Below are positions 50,101-64,000 of a DNA stretch of 64,000 bases, piece by piece. The stretch is from Balanoglossus misakiensis (Eukaryota; Animalia; Hemichordata). The position numbers and the translations under genes were made by a program. The stretch spans positions 372,001-436,000 of the forward strand of contig CM082588.2 of assembly GCA_040954595.2 (NCBI GenBank), in the 5' to 3' direction. Each line of letters opens with the position of its first letter. The first letter of the stretch is position 1. The notes beneath the pieces are model-generated. The model ran no database searches. It saw only the letters and a list, made by a program, of their open reading frames with translations, and was not told the DNA's origin.

Positions 50101-53100
50101 ACAATTCAAACAACACCATACAGACCTTGATTTAAAAAAATATTATTGTTAATATTTCTAAAGCACTAAAAGAAAACAACACACAGTGTATTTACAACTA
50201 AGCAAGACTGCAAGGCAGTGCAAAGATTCTACGTGTACTGATTTTATTTAAACACGGCAAACAACAACCTACCCACCCCATGGAGGACTATGGATTAATC
50301 CACACATAGGAAGTACATGTATGTGCTGTTGGATTATTCCAAATGCTGGCTTTATTTAGGGGTGGGAAGGTACAAAATGATGTTAGGGGAAATATAACTA
50401 CCTCCAGATTCACTGTGTGTGTCCTCTGTGTTATGTGAACACAGACATAAAATGATTGGTGAAAAAAAGAAAAAAATACACAAAATTTGTTAATAATGAT
50501 ATGAAAGGGATATTAAAAATATGATGATCAATTCCAAGCAATGAAATCAATGGTTGAATGTCAAACATGACAGTTTTTGACACGAAATGGTATTTTTCTT
50601 ACAGACTCAACAGTTGTTTTACTATATGAAAAAAAAATCATTAGATATGTTCCCTCAACCTACAATGTCCTATGTACTGATCTTAATTATGCAGATTGCA
50701 CACCAAATACAGGGGAATGTTTTATAGCTAATCATAGGGGATTACATCTCAAAGTATTTGGTTCCATTAATTTGTTTCATTCTTGCTGTTATTCCCTAGT
50801 TGATGTTGCTGTGGGAACTGTTCCCTCTAGTTTTTTTGCAGAATAATAAACACTGCTAGTTTTCTTAACCCATTCACCGCCACATTTTGGTTAAACCCAC
50901 TGTTTCCAAAGGTATGATTGAAACCACACGAAGGAAAATGGGGGCAGCAGAGTTAAGTCCCAAAGCAACAATTAAAATTGCCACTTTGTTAGCTTTTCAT
51001 ATTTATTTGTCATTTCAAAGCCATTTAATTTTACAGTACTGTTTTAGGTTTTATACAGCAGCAAGTTTTCTTTCCAAAGATTTCTCATTTAGATTGAAAT
51101 GCTGCCACACCAATTTATATAATTCCTGTATGCCACAGTGTTGACTTCACCACACATATAAACTATTGCTAAAAATATACATTCATATATGACAACTATC
51201 TGAATGTCAGACTGCTTATTCAAAGTCACACCAGATGTTATACCTCGGAAATTAAAGCTGCACATACTTTGAACATTAATCCATTCCTTACTATATCCTC
51301 AAAAGGTTTATTGACAAACGCTGCACCTTTTAATTCCCCAAAACAACTCCATAACTCATTTACCACTTATAAAATTGTATTGAACCTTAAACACACAACC
51401 AAGAAATATAATTAATGAACCTCAACCCTGATTAGCAATATTTTAAATTTATATTTAATACCTCTCCTAATTTGTGAATTTAACCATGTTTATGTGGATG
51501 AAAGATGAAATTAAAATGAGTTGGCTGTGAACACACTAAACATGTACTATTACTGCTACCATGTTAGGGTGATGTGAACATCTGAAAATAGACTTTTTGT
51601 CAGATGGTACATAGAGATGATGCACCCCACCACCAAAACACTTCAACACGCAGTCAAACAGATTTCTGTGAAGATGACAACAAAAACACATATATTTACC
51701 AGGTCTGCTTCCAGCGCCTTGTATTCCACCGAGAACATTCCTTGTAAGGACGTCGTAGTTGAAGGCTTTCCATGCAAACACCATCTCTAATGTGAAGTTT
51801 TCACCCAAAGCTGCTCGTAGGGTGGCATACATCGCTTCATTGAATACCTAGATAAACAGTGGTAAAGAAGGCAATGGGATTAACATTTAGTTTCCTTTGC
51901 CTATTGCGAGACATCGAAATCATGGAAGGAATCATCTTTCAGGCTATCATTCTTTATCTGGTGTGATACAAAATCATGTCCCCTTTCCATGTAAGTTCTT
52001 CAGGCTTGTGTTGTAAGTTTACAAGAATTGATATGCATATTAAACTTGAACCAAGTTTATCAGCAATCACTCTGTAAACACACGACATCTTTTTGGCAAG
52101 CCCAATAACTGACAAATTAGGAATATGTATAAATATATTCATATACAATCATATAAAGTGGAGTTATATGCAATAAACACACATTTGTGTGAACAAGTGC
52201 TGCCAAAGCAGATTGTGCAGAATGAAATATAATTGTATGCAGCGTGTACAAGAATGATGTGCCCTGTTAACAGGAGATTAATTGTGACATGAATCTGTAA
52301 CCTGTATAGTGCATATGATGAAATGGTATTGTCTGATTAAGTTGTGTTAATTTGATCTGTTACAGCTTAGTAGCGATACAAACTAAAGCCATCACTAATG
52401 ATTAAAGGCAATTTCAATCAGCAAGTTGTTATCTCATGTGAAGGTGAATGCTTTCAGTTATTGCAATGAATGCTATCAGTTATTGCAGTGAAGTAAACAC
52501 CAGAGCAACTGCAGTCAGTAAGTCATTATTGCAGTGAAGGTAACATTATCCCAGACTCCAGCCATAGTCACCTTGTACAAATACCGTTTTTCCAGAGATG
52601 TGAACTGTTGCTGTGTGTTTGAATGAATAAAAATATTTGTGATAAAATGCTGATAACCGGTCCATCCCCATGGTGCAGTTGCTTGATATTGTGATTGTAG
52701 CTCGCAATATCATTTTGTGGTTTAGGTGATTCAGTGATACGGGTGTGTTATGCTTGGGTTTTACTTGCATGGATTTCTCAATGTAATGTGACTTGACAGA
52801 GATACAATAATCTCCACTATTCCCATGTCAAAACATCATCAGTTAAATGCCTGTTTAGCATTCATAATCGTGAAATTCTAAATTTAGTGAGTACTGGTAC
52901 TGGCAATAACGCAGATCAAAATTTGACGGAGCTGTCCGTCCATTACAGGGAAGGGGTGTCACATACCTCAAAGTTGTGCGCTGCAGCTTTGACACCTTCA
53001 GGGACTGGGTAGTGAAGCAATGCTAGTTTACTCATGGCTTCTGTGAAGTTATCCTTGTCATCAAAGACTTGAATGAAGTTCTTGATGGACAGCATGACTT

Positions 53101-56100
53101 GGTTTGCATGGTCAACAAATCGACAACTCTCCTGTGAGGGAAAATGAAGGCAAGAATGCTCACCACACTTCACCAAAGCATCAATACTATAAGCAACTAC
53201 TGGTATACATTTAGTCCATGTCTCCAAAGTGTCTTAAGGTGACACTGATCATCTGCACCAGTATCTCATTATGTCGTATTATCAAAACACATACCAAAGA
53301 ATCATCCTAACTGATTTCACATTGAGAATAATGACTGACCTTTGTAAGATGTGTCATAACTTGCTCTTCTTCACCAAACACAAAATTCACAGTTGAACAG
53401 AGATGCAGATGATAGCCTAATGGTGCATTCATCATGAATCGCAACACATGTCGACTGCAGGGAAATCAAATGACAAATGTTACAGAGTACATTTACACTT
53501 CTGTGCAACACTTGCAGAATGTGACAATCTGGCAGTTTTTGCTTTTCTACACACAAGACCAGGGGAATCAACAAGGCAGATCTCCCTGACTTTGATGACA
53601 TTGTTTCAAATTATGTATACATTACTGAGAAGATATTCACACAAGTTTACAGCGACATGAAAATGTACGCAATCCATCAAAGAAACATTAACCAATCCAT
53701 TATGTGAATATCAATGTTATGTGTAATTACCCAGGTGGAAGAGTGAGAGCAGCAGCCCTAGTGGACGTAGAACGTATTCTCAAGATTGGTTGTCCCACAA
53801 CAAGACTCTTCCAGGAATAAGGCTCAGCTACCAACAGCCCTGGTGATATGTTTGTTGGTGATTCCTTGGTAGCTGTGGAACCAACTAGAACGTAAACAAA
53901 CAAATGATGCTGAATGTCTCCAAATAGGACTGTTTAAATGTTCAATAAATGGAACGTTATACATGAAATACAGCTCCAGTGGAGCTACATAAAGAATCAT
54001 TGGCCAAGACCATGGCTTAGTGACGATCTTCTGTACAAGTGGTTTGTAAGTCAGTACTAAACCTGCGACATACCTTCAACTGGACAATAACCACCCATGT
54101 ACCATCTGATTTCACCAACTGACTTACCAACTAAAGTACTAAACCTGCAACTTACTTTCAAGTAGACTTCCACCACTGGCAGCAACAGAATCCTTATCAG
54201 ACTCTCGATCTTTCTTCTCTCGTATTGTACTATGAGATGTCTTGGGTTGCTCAGGTGGTGGATCAAACCATCGTGATAATGAAGAGAAACTGACGATGAT
54301 TTCTGTCTTTTCCAAGTTATCAACAACTGATATACAAGTTGAGGTCAATGTAAATGTAATCACAGATGGGGTGTGGCTTGTGAAATTGCATCAACCAGCA
54401 ATCCCACAGGCTGGATGAAACAATATAAATTCAAACACTAAAGTAGAGAAAATCACATCATCAATAAAGGATACACAAGTACTGTGGCTGCCGTTCATCT
54501 TGGGTAGACTGCTAAATATCAGACAAAAATGCAAATAAAGAAATCAGTATATTTATTGCAAATTACATTCCAATGATGAAAATAGGTGACAGGAAAGAAA
54601 ACTAATCATTGAACGCTAACTTCTACTTCTAATTAATTCTTTCCATAAAATGACCCACTCATCAAAACTACATCAACATATAACGAAGCATCATCTGTAA
54701 CACATCCTCAAAACACTTCACAAGATGTGCTAGACATGCTTTCTCAAGACTGTAGTATTTAGTGGACAGAATGGGGCACTGAATGGAGAGTTTCCTCTAC
54801 TGCATCTACAGACATCAAACAATAACAGTACACAACAGAACGATTAGATTCAGATTCAGAGCCATAGACAGTGCATTTCGCATAAACCATAATAAAGATA
54901 TGTTTTGAAGTTTATCTTTAAGCGTATGCACTGTCAGTAGCTGTGATCTTCTGGTGGAATGACTGGATAACTTACTAACAAGTTTAATTGCATGTTAACA
55001 TGGCCTCTAAACGATAAGTGAAACCTTTTTCGGGCCATACACTCCTTGGGATCAGTGAAGGCTACAGAGTTACTGATTTTAGTTGATGGATATTCTAAAC
55101 GTGACAACAAAAGTGTACCAACAGTGTTAACAATTTTGTGCTGTTGTGCATCGTATTGTTGAGTTTATTTTTTGTTTCTACTTTTTGCGGATTTAGTAGG
55201 TTATGGAGAATGGGCACACGCACACTAACTGGGGTTTTGCTGGTCACCTTCTCTTTATCTTTTTCCTTTCCTTCCTGAGAAGCAGACAATGAACAAAAGA
55301 GAGAGAGGGGGGGGGGGGACAGAGAGAGGGGAAGACAGACAGAGGACAGTGGCAACAGAGGGAATTAGGGGAAAAAACACAAAAAACATCAATCATGCAT
55401 TAACATATTTAACAGCAAATGCAAGTACCAACTGAACAGCGCAGATGGTGCAATGGTATAGCAAGTCACCTTGGACAGTTATCATCAGAAAATGTCTGTG
55501 TATAGCCAATGTAAACACCATCATGCAAACGTGTTATATCCCTTTGATACTACCACAATTTTATGTCACTTTGTTGTAAGTACATGTACATCCCTATACC
55601 CTTTCACCCTTACAGCCACTGAAATTAGTTCACAAATTTAAAATTTACGCATATATCTGGTGATGAGTGTTGTTATTGCCTATACCATCATTTATGTTGC
55701 TTGTTAAAAAAATACTTCAAAAAATAAAAACGGATGTGTATTTCCCCCTAAGAACGCTGATTCTCTGGTTACACTAATTCAAAACAATGTTTCATGCGTG
55801 TGTTCTTAACCTTGGATACAAGAATTCATGACAAAAACTGTAAACAAAAGGCGCGACTGAGATTCCCAACCCTCACTGTATGCTCACAGAGCCAAGCCTT
55901 CTGTATCTAACATTTGCTAGACCTCATGGAGAATTGTCACATAATAAACACAGTACACAGACCATACAGTGGAGACATGCATTCTGATATTTTATTCTGT
56001 CAAACTGAATAAAATCAACACATACATGTGGGACAGCATACATGTATACATATGTAGATGAACAGCAACCAATCATCACAAAACACACACTCTTTACATC

Positions 56101-59100
56101 ACACATTCAGCTCAAACCAATGAAAACACCACTTAATATATTCATGCTGACATAGGCTGACATCAACACTGACAGACAGGTGCACAGACACACACACAGA
56201 GAATCTTACGTGATGGTGGTGTTGTGGTGATGGACTGAACGGTTGTCTGGCCGGTGTCTGGGCGGTCATGGAACTGGCTTGAGTCGGTCCACCTGGTGCT
56301 GCTGATTTGGTTTTAGCGTTCGATGGCTGGACACTCTGTCAAAAAGAACAGTGTTATTTAGTCAGTGGTACTTTATTAAACTCTGACAGGAACTGACATG
56401 CAAACTTTGTGGTTATGAACAAGGTATCAAGTCTAATCAGTCTGAACTTTGTGCAATGCAGATAACACTCTCCATAATTTATTTCAAACTCTTGTAATAT
56501 GCACGCGCATGCAACCATTTCACCCCCAAGTTCCAAGCATCTTGGTATGGGCCCAGCAATAACACTCACTGGGCCAAGCAACTTCACAAGAAACCAAGGG
56601 TGAGATGGTTGTAACTTTTACAAAAAAGCAGGAGTTTGTGTTTGTGTGCATACAAGCATAAATGGAGAAAACGAAGGACAGCAAAGCAATATTTTTACAC
56701 AAATTAACAAGAAGATACCAGCTGCTTTCAAAACCTTATCATCACATCACACCATGCTATGATAATGTCAATGCATTAATTCTGGGAAGATGAAATGACA
56801 ATGGGAAAGGTAGTGCAATTAATCTGGGAACACGATTATTAAAGCAAAGCGTTACATAATGGCCCATCATTTTCATTGAGTTAGGACATATTTTCATTTT
56901 AAAAAATGTTATGAGTTACAAAGGAGAGTTATGTAATTTATCAAGAGTTTTTAAATACTATAAATTGAGAGCTATCATTCTGTAGAATTAATCTACATTT
57001 CATTTATGTTATACTACCAAGTTTGTATGATGGGCCAGTATTGTCTCTCCGAATGACCAAAACAGGTGTTGATTTGTTTTGTTTTGCGATTTTGATGATG
57101 GTGGTCACACATGAATACACAAAATAAGACAAGATATTACAGAATAACAATATACCTGGGCACCAGCTTGTTGTTTTTGCATTATGAATTGCTCCAATTT
57201 CTGAGCGACAGCATTGTGTGAAAAAAGCAGTTACATCAATAATTAATGTGAATTACAGTTACACAATATATACAAAAACCCGTCCCCTGTTTAAGAATGA
57301 GATGATTCTTAACATAATGGGAAAGGAGACAACTATTATAAAAGTGAGGGGTGGAAAGATAGTGACATGACCAGGTGTTTCATAGATGCAGGAACCAGTG
57401 TTAAAATGAGTGGAAATGACATTTGTGAACTGTGGTGACGATTTAATACTGTGCTTGTATACTTTGTACAGTGCAATATCACATGAAAGGCAGTGGTGCA
57501 GCCTACAAAAATATTATCAAATTGGTTTGATTAATATTAGCAAGAACAGCGACGTATTGAACACATTGTCCACAAAATATATTAATGAAATCAAAACAAA
57601 ATTTCAGATTATTTGATCGGTTCAAAAATCGAGCGTCCTGAGATTAATCAACTCTGCAAAATTTCAAACTGAAAAAGAATCATTCACCAGACACACTCCA
57701 GGCACTTAGGCCAAAATCAATAATACAAAACATTGTGCGAAATCAGATGTATATATCAACTGGTGCTGAGAACAATCTGGGTGTTTTCTTTGCACTGTTT
57801 GTAGTGGAAGTCTTGCTGTATACATGTATACACAAATATTTTCACTGTGACATTATTTTGTGCATGACAAAGGTTTGTGTTCAAAATGAAGTCACTCTTG
57901 CTGTTGATCTTATGTGCTTGTGTCAACATTCATTCATTCATTCATTCATTCATTCTGTGTGTCCTAAACAACTTATCAGTATGCTAACATCTCTGATTTC
58001 ACTCCTACCTGTAAAATAGTTCCTTTCCTATCTTCTCTGTAACACTGTCTTCCTTTCATTCTGCATCTCTCTCTCACTTCATTCACTCAGCACTCTCTCA
58101 CTTTTTATCCTAAACGCTCTGTCTCTCTTCATCTCTGTCTCGGGTTTCATTCATTTACATACACATAAAATACCAATATCTCATCCGGCTATCATTTCAT
58201 TTCATGTGTGTGTGTGTCTCTCTCTCTCCCTCTCTCCCCCCTCTCTCAATTTACATGGGAATATATGTCTTCAATCACTCCTGTCTCATCCCCCAAAACT
58301 TTTACCCTTTCATGTTTCTGTTCAACATGTAGTGACTGTCCTGATTCATATATGTGCTTACCTTCAAGTCGGACATCTTTTGGTTTGAGATGTAAGTGTT
58401 GGGTTTGTGGAAAATATACAGTGTTCTGAAACACAAACAAACACAATAAATTTTAAACATTAGCACCTCATTGGCCAACGTTTTGTTATTTAAAAGGCAG
58501 AATGATATTTCAAACACAGAGTCATACTTGAAACACTTGGCAAAATCTTCGAAATGCATCCAGATGTCTTTCTGTACAGGTCCTTCTTCCTTTTTCTCTT
58601 TTTGTTCTTCTTCTGCAGTTTCTGCCTCGTTTGTGGAGCCTTCTGCTTTACTGGCCGTTTCTGTCAACACCGACATGGCATCCCCTTCAGCCATGTCTCC
58701 TGGTTTCAAAGAACCATCTGCCAAAAATCAGACCAAAAGTCACGTCAACTTCTACCCAAAATTGATCATACCAGCCTCAATGTTTGGTACAAACTGAGAA
58801 GTCACAGCCACTTTTAATATATTTTTCCTTCTTACCTTTATCCTTGGAATCTTTACCCATGGGTGTAACTTTCTCCTTATCAGATTTCTCGGTCTTATCA
58901 CTTTTCAATGATGGTGCTTTCTCTCCGACTCCAAGAATGCTCTCTTTCTTCTTCAATCCTGCACTCACTTTTCTGCCCGGTTTGGGTTCCTGCAAAAGTA
59001 CAAATTTCCATCAAAATAGCTGATACAGCCTACTGTATCCTTCAGCTTCTTAAACCCTTTAATCTTCTTGACCACTGACAACAGCGCTCTGTCCTAAATC

Positions 59101-62100
59101 TGGTCAGACTGAATCATCAGTTTTGAAACCAGCCAAGAATGTGTATCATTGATAACACGTAGTTGACCTGTGACCAGTCACCTACCTCTATCTTTTCCAG
59201 TTTAGCAGCACTTTTCTCTCTCTTGCCGTCTTTCTTCTCAGCAGATTTCTTGTCTTTTCCGTCTTTACTGTCTTTTGAAGGCGTATCTGGCTTTGGAGGC
59301 AGTTCAGTCTTTTAGTACAAATACAAAGGTTTTGTCAGGAATGGGTTTATGTTAAATTCGTGTCTTCAGACACTGTGGTGTGATTCTAAAGAAGAAGTAT
59401 GTTCGGTAGACTGGACAAAACACAGAATATGAGACACAATGAGCTGAAAATCATTTAGTGAACATAAATGTTGATCAAGACATCACCTGCAATTCAGCCT
59501 TTGCTTCTGCCTCTTTCTGTTCAAGTTCTTTCTCTGCTTTTAGTTTTTCTTCAAGTTTCTGTTTCTCTTTGAGCATCATCTCCTCGGCTTTCTCCGGATT
59601 ATCTTCATCCCCTTCATTGACGATCTCACCCATCAACGCCGTGCTGGGACGGGAACCTCCTCCCCTTGACAGTGACGACCGAGGTCTCTTACTGTGTGTG
59701 GAAGAAAAAAGGGTCAAACAAACGCTCTATTGACTTCAATCAAAGGCAGCTTGTTTTTCTGCTAGCGTGCTCAGAATTTTACAGTGCCCTGGCTATAAGA
59801 CTGATCAGAGTGGTAAACTTTTTTTGACAGCAAGCTTTAGTTTTCAGTTTTAGATGTTTGGTATTGCAGGTAAAGAAAAGTAAAAAGACTGTCAGAATGA
59901 CTGGTAATCTAAATACTTACACATCAGTAGGAATTGGTATAGGACTAACTTTATAGTTGACATATGGAGAAGTCACTTCAATCCACTGTTCTGGTCGTTT
60001 GATCTCTGGTTCTGAAATGAATAAGAATGGTGATTTGAGTATAGTATTAGAACAACACTGAGTATATGCATGCAGGACTTACATGTACAGCTATACATGA
60101 GCTAAGCAGATAATGGACAGATTTAGTTACTGTTGGTCTACATCTTGAACACTGACCTGGCGCTTGGTCGTGCGGTGTGGTTTTCTTTTTCTTCTGACGG
60201 ATCAACTTCCACGCCGGTACCTCTGGTGGAGGAGGGGGAGCAACCAACGGACAAGAGCGAGTTCTCGTCAACATGAGTGGATGTGGGAATACGTGTGACA
60301 ATCCCGACTGACGGAGACGCTCGGACGCATCAGCCTGGTGAAAATCATGGCAAATAGTACAGTTATAATACTAGGATTGATATATGACAGATATATGGCA
60401 GGGTTGGCTCATTCTTTCTGAACCACCTGATATCCATGTTTTCATGAGGCATCAAGTTAAAGTTGATTGGCCCTTTCTAAGTCAGATGGAAGTAACTAAG
60501 TGGTAACTGTATGTACAGAGTACAAACTACAACTCACCATTTCACCAAGCATAGAGACTCTTACAGGCACTGGTGGTGGATGTTCATAGCTGACATAGAT
60601 GGCTACTTGAGGACCACCAGCTGCTTCACCTAAACCACCATCTTTATCTAAACATGAAACAACAACAAAAAAGTATCAAAACACAATATTCCATGGGAAA
60701 GTAGACATACTGCAAAACAAAATCTGTTAGTATCATCAAACAATGCAACTCCACAATCATATTCCCCTTGATACTGTTTGTGTATGCATATCAATATGTG
60801 TATAACATTACAGTACATACATATACATGAAGATACAGACACCGACAGTAACATATCAGCCATATCTCAATAATATTTTGAAACAAACAATTAAAACCTT
60901 TCCATATCTTGTCAAATATTAGTGATGTTCCAAATCAATCTGCTGTTTGGATATTATTCACATAGGGTACATGTACAGCTACCAATTGAAATACATACAT
61001 TTTATTTTATGTATTAAATAGTACGCTAAAAAATTATGGTGCAAATTCACCATGTACAGATAATGTGTGTGTATTAGAAACTGGAGTGGTGTCATAGAAG
61101 TGTAGTACTGTGTACCTTCATAAATTAAAATTTAAAAACAAGAGAATGTGCAGAAAGAAATAGTCCCAGGAAAATAAAAAATATATAACAAGTCTAATCT
61201 CTCAAAAATACATGAAATCAAACAACAGAAGATGAAGCTGAAAACATAAGAAAAAATTAATGAATGAAAAATCAGTGTGATGTTTGGAGGGAAAAAATAA
61301 ACTCATTAAAAGGGATCTAGAAACCATAGAAAATCTCTGTCATGGTTAAATGTATGCCTCTCTGTAGGGAAGATCAGTGTGCTTCTATTCTAAGTTACTA
61401 GTAAAAAAATGAAATTATGTATTACCCCTTGAATATGCAATAAAAAATAAATATACACAATTTAATGTAAGGCAAATTCACACACATCTTGTCAGATTTT
61501 CCCAGAGTTGTTCAATATCTTGATATACCAGAGACAAATTGGACAAGGTCATTGTGGCATTGAGACATAACATGGTGGAGTCTATAGTGCCCAGGGGCAA
61601 GAGATATGGGTATTTAATGCAAATACATCATGCAAGTTGCCCATTTACAAGCGAGGTATGTGAGTTATCTTTTACTGCAGCAATTGTCATGCATTGATCT
61701 GCGATATTGGAATCTAGAACGGGAATAGAGGGAGGACGGGTATGTCCGATATTGTACAAGGCACTGGGAAAAGCTGACTGTTACCAATGAGAGGCCACAA
61801 TTGGACACACCTATCGATTGATCCCCCTGGGTGCCTGGTCCTTTTGGGGCAGGTGGAACGTAGTTGATTGGTTGGTTCAGGAAGGACAGTCATTGGCATG
61901 GCAACCAAACAGCCCATTTTGAAGTAGACCAGTTGATACACAATAAATAATCAAATACAAAGAGAGAAATAGAGAGAGAGAATAGTCCCGTAGTGAGCGG
62001 TAGATTTCTTACAGTTTAGTGTGAAGGGTGTGGTCTTGTTTGGATGTGAGACCAGAACAAGCATGGGGAAATAGAAGATGTGATATTTTATCAATTATGC

Positions 62101-64000
62101 GGGATAGTTTAAGACAAAACTTAGCATGCAACTTTACATCACACACCATACATGCACATTTCCACAAATCAGTGACAAGTCAAAAGCATTGTCACTTCAT
62201 GCAGATTTCCAGTGAAAATCAATCATGTGTTGTAATACAGGTGGCTTTACAAGCCATGTATGGGTGTACTTTGTGAATGGATGAACTGACAGCTGTGTTT
62301 TGGTGTGTCTATTTCAATGTGTGTGGATGGGTGGGTAGCCAGTATATTTGATGGTTGGTTGGCTGAAGATACACGTAGACGAGTGTACATGTACTTGGTT
62401 GACAGGTCAAGATAGGAGATCACAGGGAGTAGGTGTAAGTTGATCAATGATGATGGTCATGAGTGCAGCTAGGTATATGGGTAGTTGATGGATCATGGGT
62501 CCTGGGTGCAGCCTGGTGAACTTGATCTTGATGATTGGTGAACATGTAGTTGGATGTAGCTGTTGGACCATGGGTAACAAGTGCAGCTACATGTAGGTGT
62601 AGTTGAGATGGATGATGTGTGAAGTTGGATGTAGCTAGTTGATGGATGAGGGGGTCAAGGGTATGGGTGGGTTGTTGGGTGTCAATGGGTGGATGGATTG
62701 GTGTGTCCAATAGCTAGGTGACATGTACATGTATATTCTACTTTAATGACCTGAGAGTGACTGCTCACCCTGGAGATTTTATTGGTGTGGCCTCACACAT
62801 CTTTTAACGTTTCACCCTTTTGTATCAGACATCATACAAACAGTTTTTCTACAATAATACTACACCATGTATTGCTCTGACCAGATAAATTTGCAGTCTA
62901 GTTTTACTACAGCATGTTCAGCAAGATTATCTGATAATCTACACCCTATTATTATTAGCTGATAATTATACTGCGCTATATCTCTACAGCGTGTTGATAT
63001 AAGATGATACTTTGCCCACCTTAGCTTTTGGAGATTAGTTGATAATGGGTGAAACTCTGAATTCAAGCAGAGTATGGTACAAACAAAACCGAAGCAAGAG
63101 GCTTATTCCCATGGACGCAGTCACCAATACATTTTTTGTTTGTACCATTATCACATGACTGATGTCTACAGTAGAGTCAGTGTGCAAGGTCTTTTTCGAG
63201 GGAAGGCTGACTTTAAAGGCATTTACAAGCTCTACAAGTAATTACCCTGGCTTCTGTTTAGAAGAAATTGATAAGAGCCGATAAGTCTACTGCGCTACTT
63301 GTTGAGTGTGTTTTCATGGCAGTATGCGTATTACATGTGTTTTGCAAAGCGTGCTGGCTTTTGTAGGGTGTCAGGATGTGTGGTGCTGAGTATAATGTTG
63401 TCATTCCACAATGACTTTAAGATTTGGTGAAGTTTTTCTGACAGGACAGTTAGACTCTTTACTGTTACTGTAACAACACACAACAGAACACTTAACAGTA
63501 CAGTCTTTCACATGCAGTAGTCTTTGGGGGAAAAACAACACACAGTGCATGCATTGCATGATGGGAAGGGACAGTGAAGACAGAAAGCACCTACACACAT
63601 CCCCCACCCTTCCCAAAATTAACCACTGGTTACTACGGCAACACATCACAGCAATTTAGTCATTTTAATCTGATATTATAAGTTTCGTCTCCACTGCTGG
63701 AGTTGGCTTACTTTTGTCCTTGTCTTTATCTTTGTCTTTTTTGTCTTTCTTCTCATCTTTGTGATCTTTTTCTTTGGCTGGCTTCTCCGCTTTTTCCGAT
63801 TTTTCTGTCAAAGGAGAAATAACTATCATCATGAATTCAAGTAACAAAACCATTAGAAGTGTACAAATATCAACATACAGTCTGCAAACGTAAACATTTT
63901 AATGTACCAAATGAGGACAAAAATTGAGCAGATCCAAAAGTAACAGCACCACATAAAACTTGCCTTTTTCCTTGTCTTTCGTATCTTTTGCAGCTTTGTC
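41108..64000 (-). CDS. ADGB: Androglobin (calpain-like - permuted globin/IQ - coiled coil), 3' part, about 30 or more exons; 5' end lies right of the window
   Basis: Exon translations include DIWMHFEDFAKCFKTLYIFHKPNTY (~58361-58720), FVDNLEKTEIIVSFSSLSRW (~54154-54328), GLLVAEPYSWKSLV...LTLPPG (~53730-53886), ESCRFVDHANQVM...LLHYP (52967-53131), IQ motif VQKHWRGYYVRK (45042-45136), YPFYQDEW-like FPFYQDEWNKI (~44486-44619), LRVVDNDTGEEIPRVF, WRMRLIGS, HKYIIQA, KDTERQDEIRAMKQAWEAAEPGRA, and a Lys-rich C-terminus with the stop at 41108. These match the androglobin architecture. Confidence 0.92.
45196..45260. repeat. Short palindrome / possible MITE remnant in an androglobin intron
   Basis: TTAAGACGGTTTCTGA ... 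TCAGAACCGTCTTAA inverted repeat (45205-45246), flanked by TCACAC ... GTGTGA. Confidence 0.5.
62270..62730. repeat. GT-rich low-complexity / degenerate minisatellite in an androglobin intron
   Basis: Recurrent GTAGTTGATGGATG, GTTGGATGTAGCT and GTGCAGCTA motifs. Confidence 0.55.

Overview
Eukaryotic, intron-containing genomic DNA (AT-rich introns, GT-AG splicing). The gene families suggest a marine invertebrate, plausibly a hemichordate or echinoderm; this is inference only. Eight protein-coding genes can be assembled by hand. (1) The 5' half of a PET-LIM gene of the Limpet/LIM-9/testin type (minus strand, runs off the left edge). (2) A compact 257-aa DED-TIR fusion whose TIR resembles bacterial NADase-type TIRs. 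(3) A CHST11-like sulfotransferase. (4) A two-pore K+ channel. (5) An 18-exon M1 aminopeptidase carrying the Ser/Lys signature of TRH-degrading ectoenzyme, with a tandem array of a strongly folding ~131-nt element in intron 8. (6) A Roco protein (Roc-COR-death domain) whose GTPase domain is interrupted by a ~270-aa multipass transmembrane insert. (7) A class A peptide-type GPCR with an intronless CDS. (8) The 3' part of androglobin (minus strand, runs off the right edge), with a run of symmetric micro-exons inside the permuted globin region. The strongest novelty candidates are the membrane-embedded Roco-DD protein and the DED-TIR protein. All gene models were read by eye and no database searches were run.
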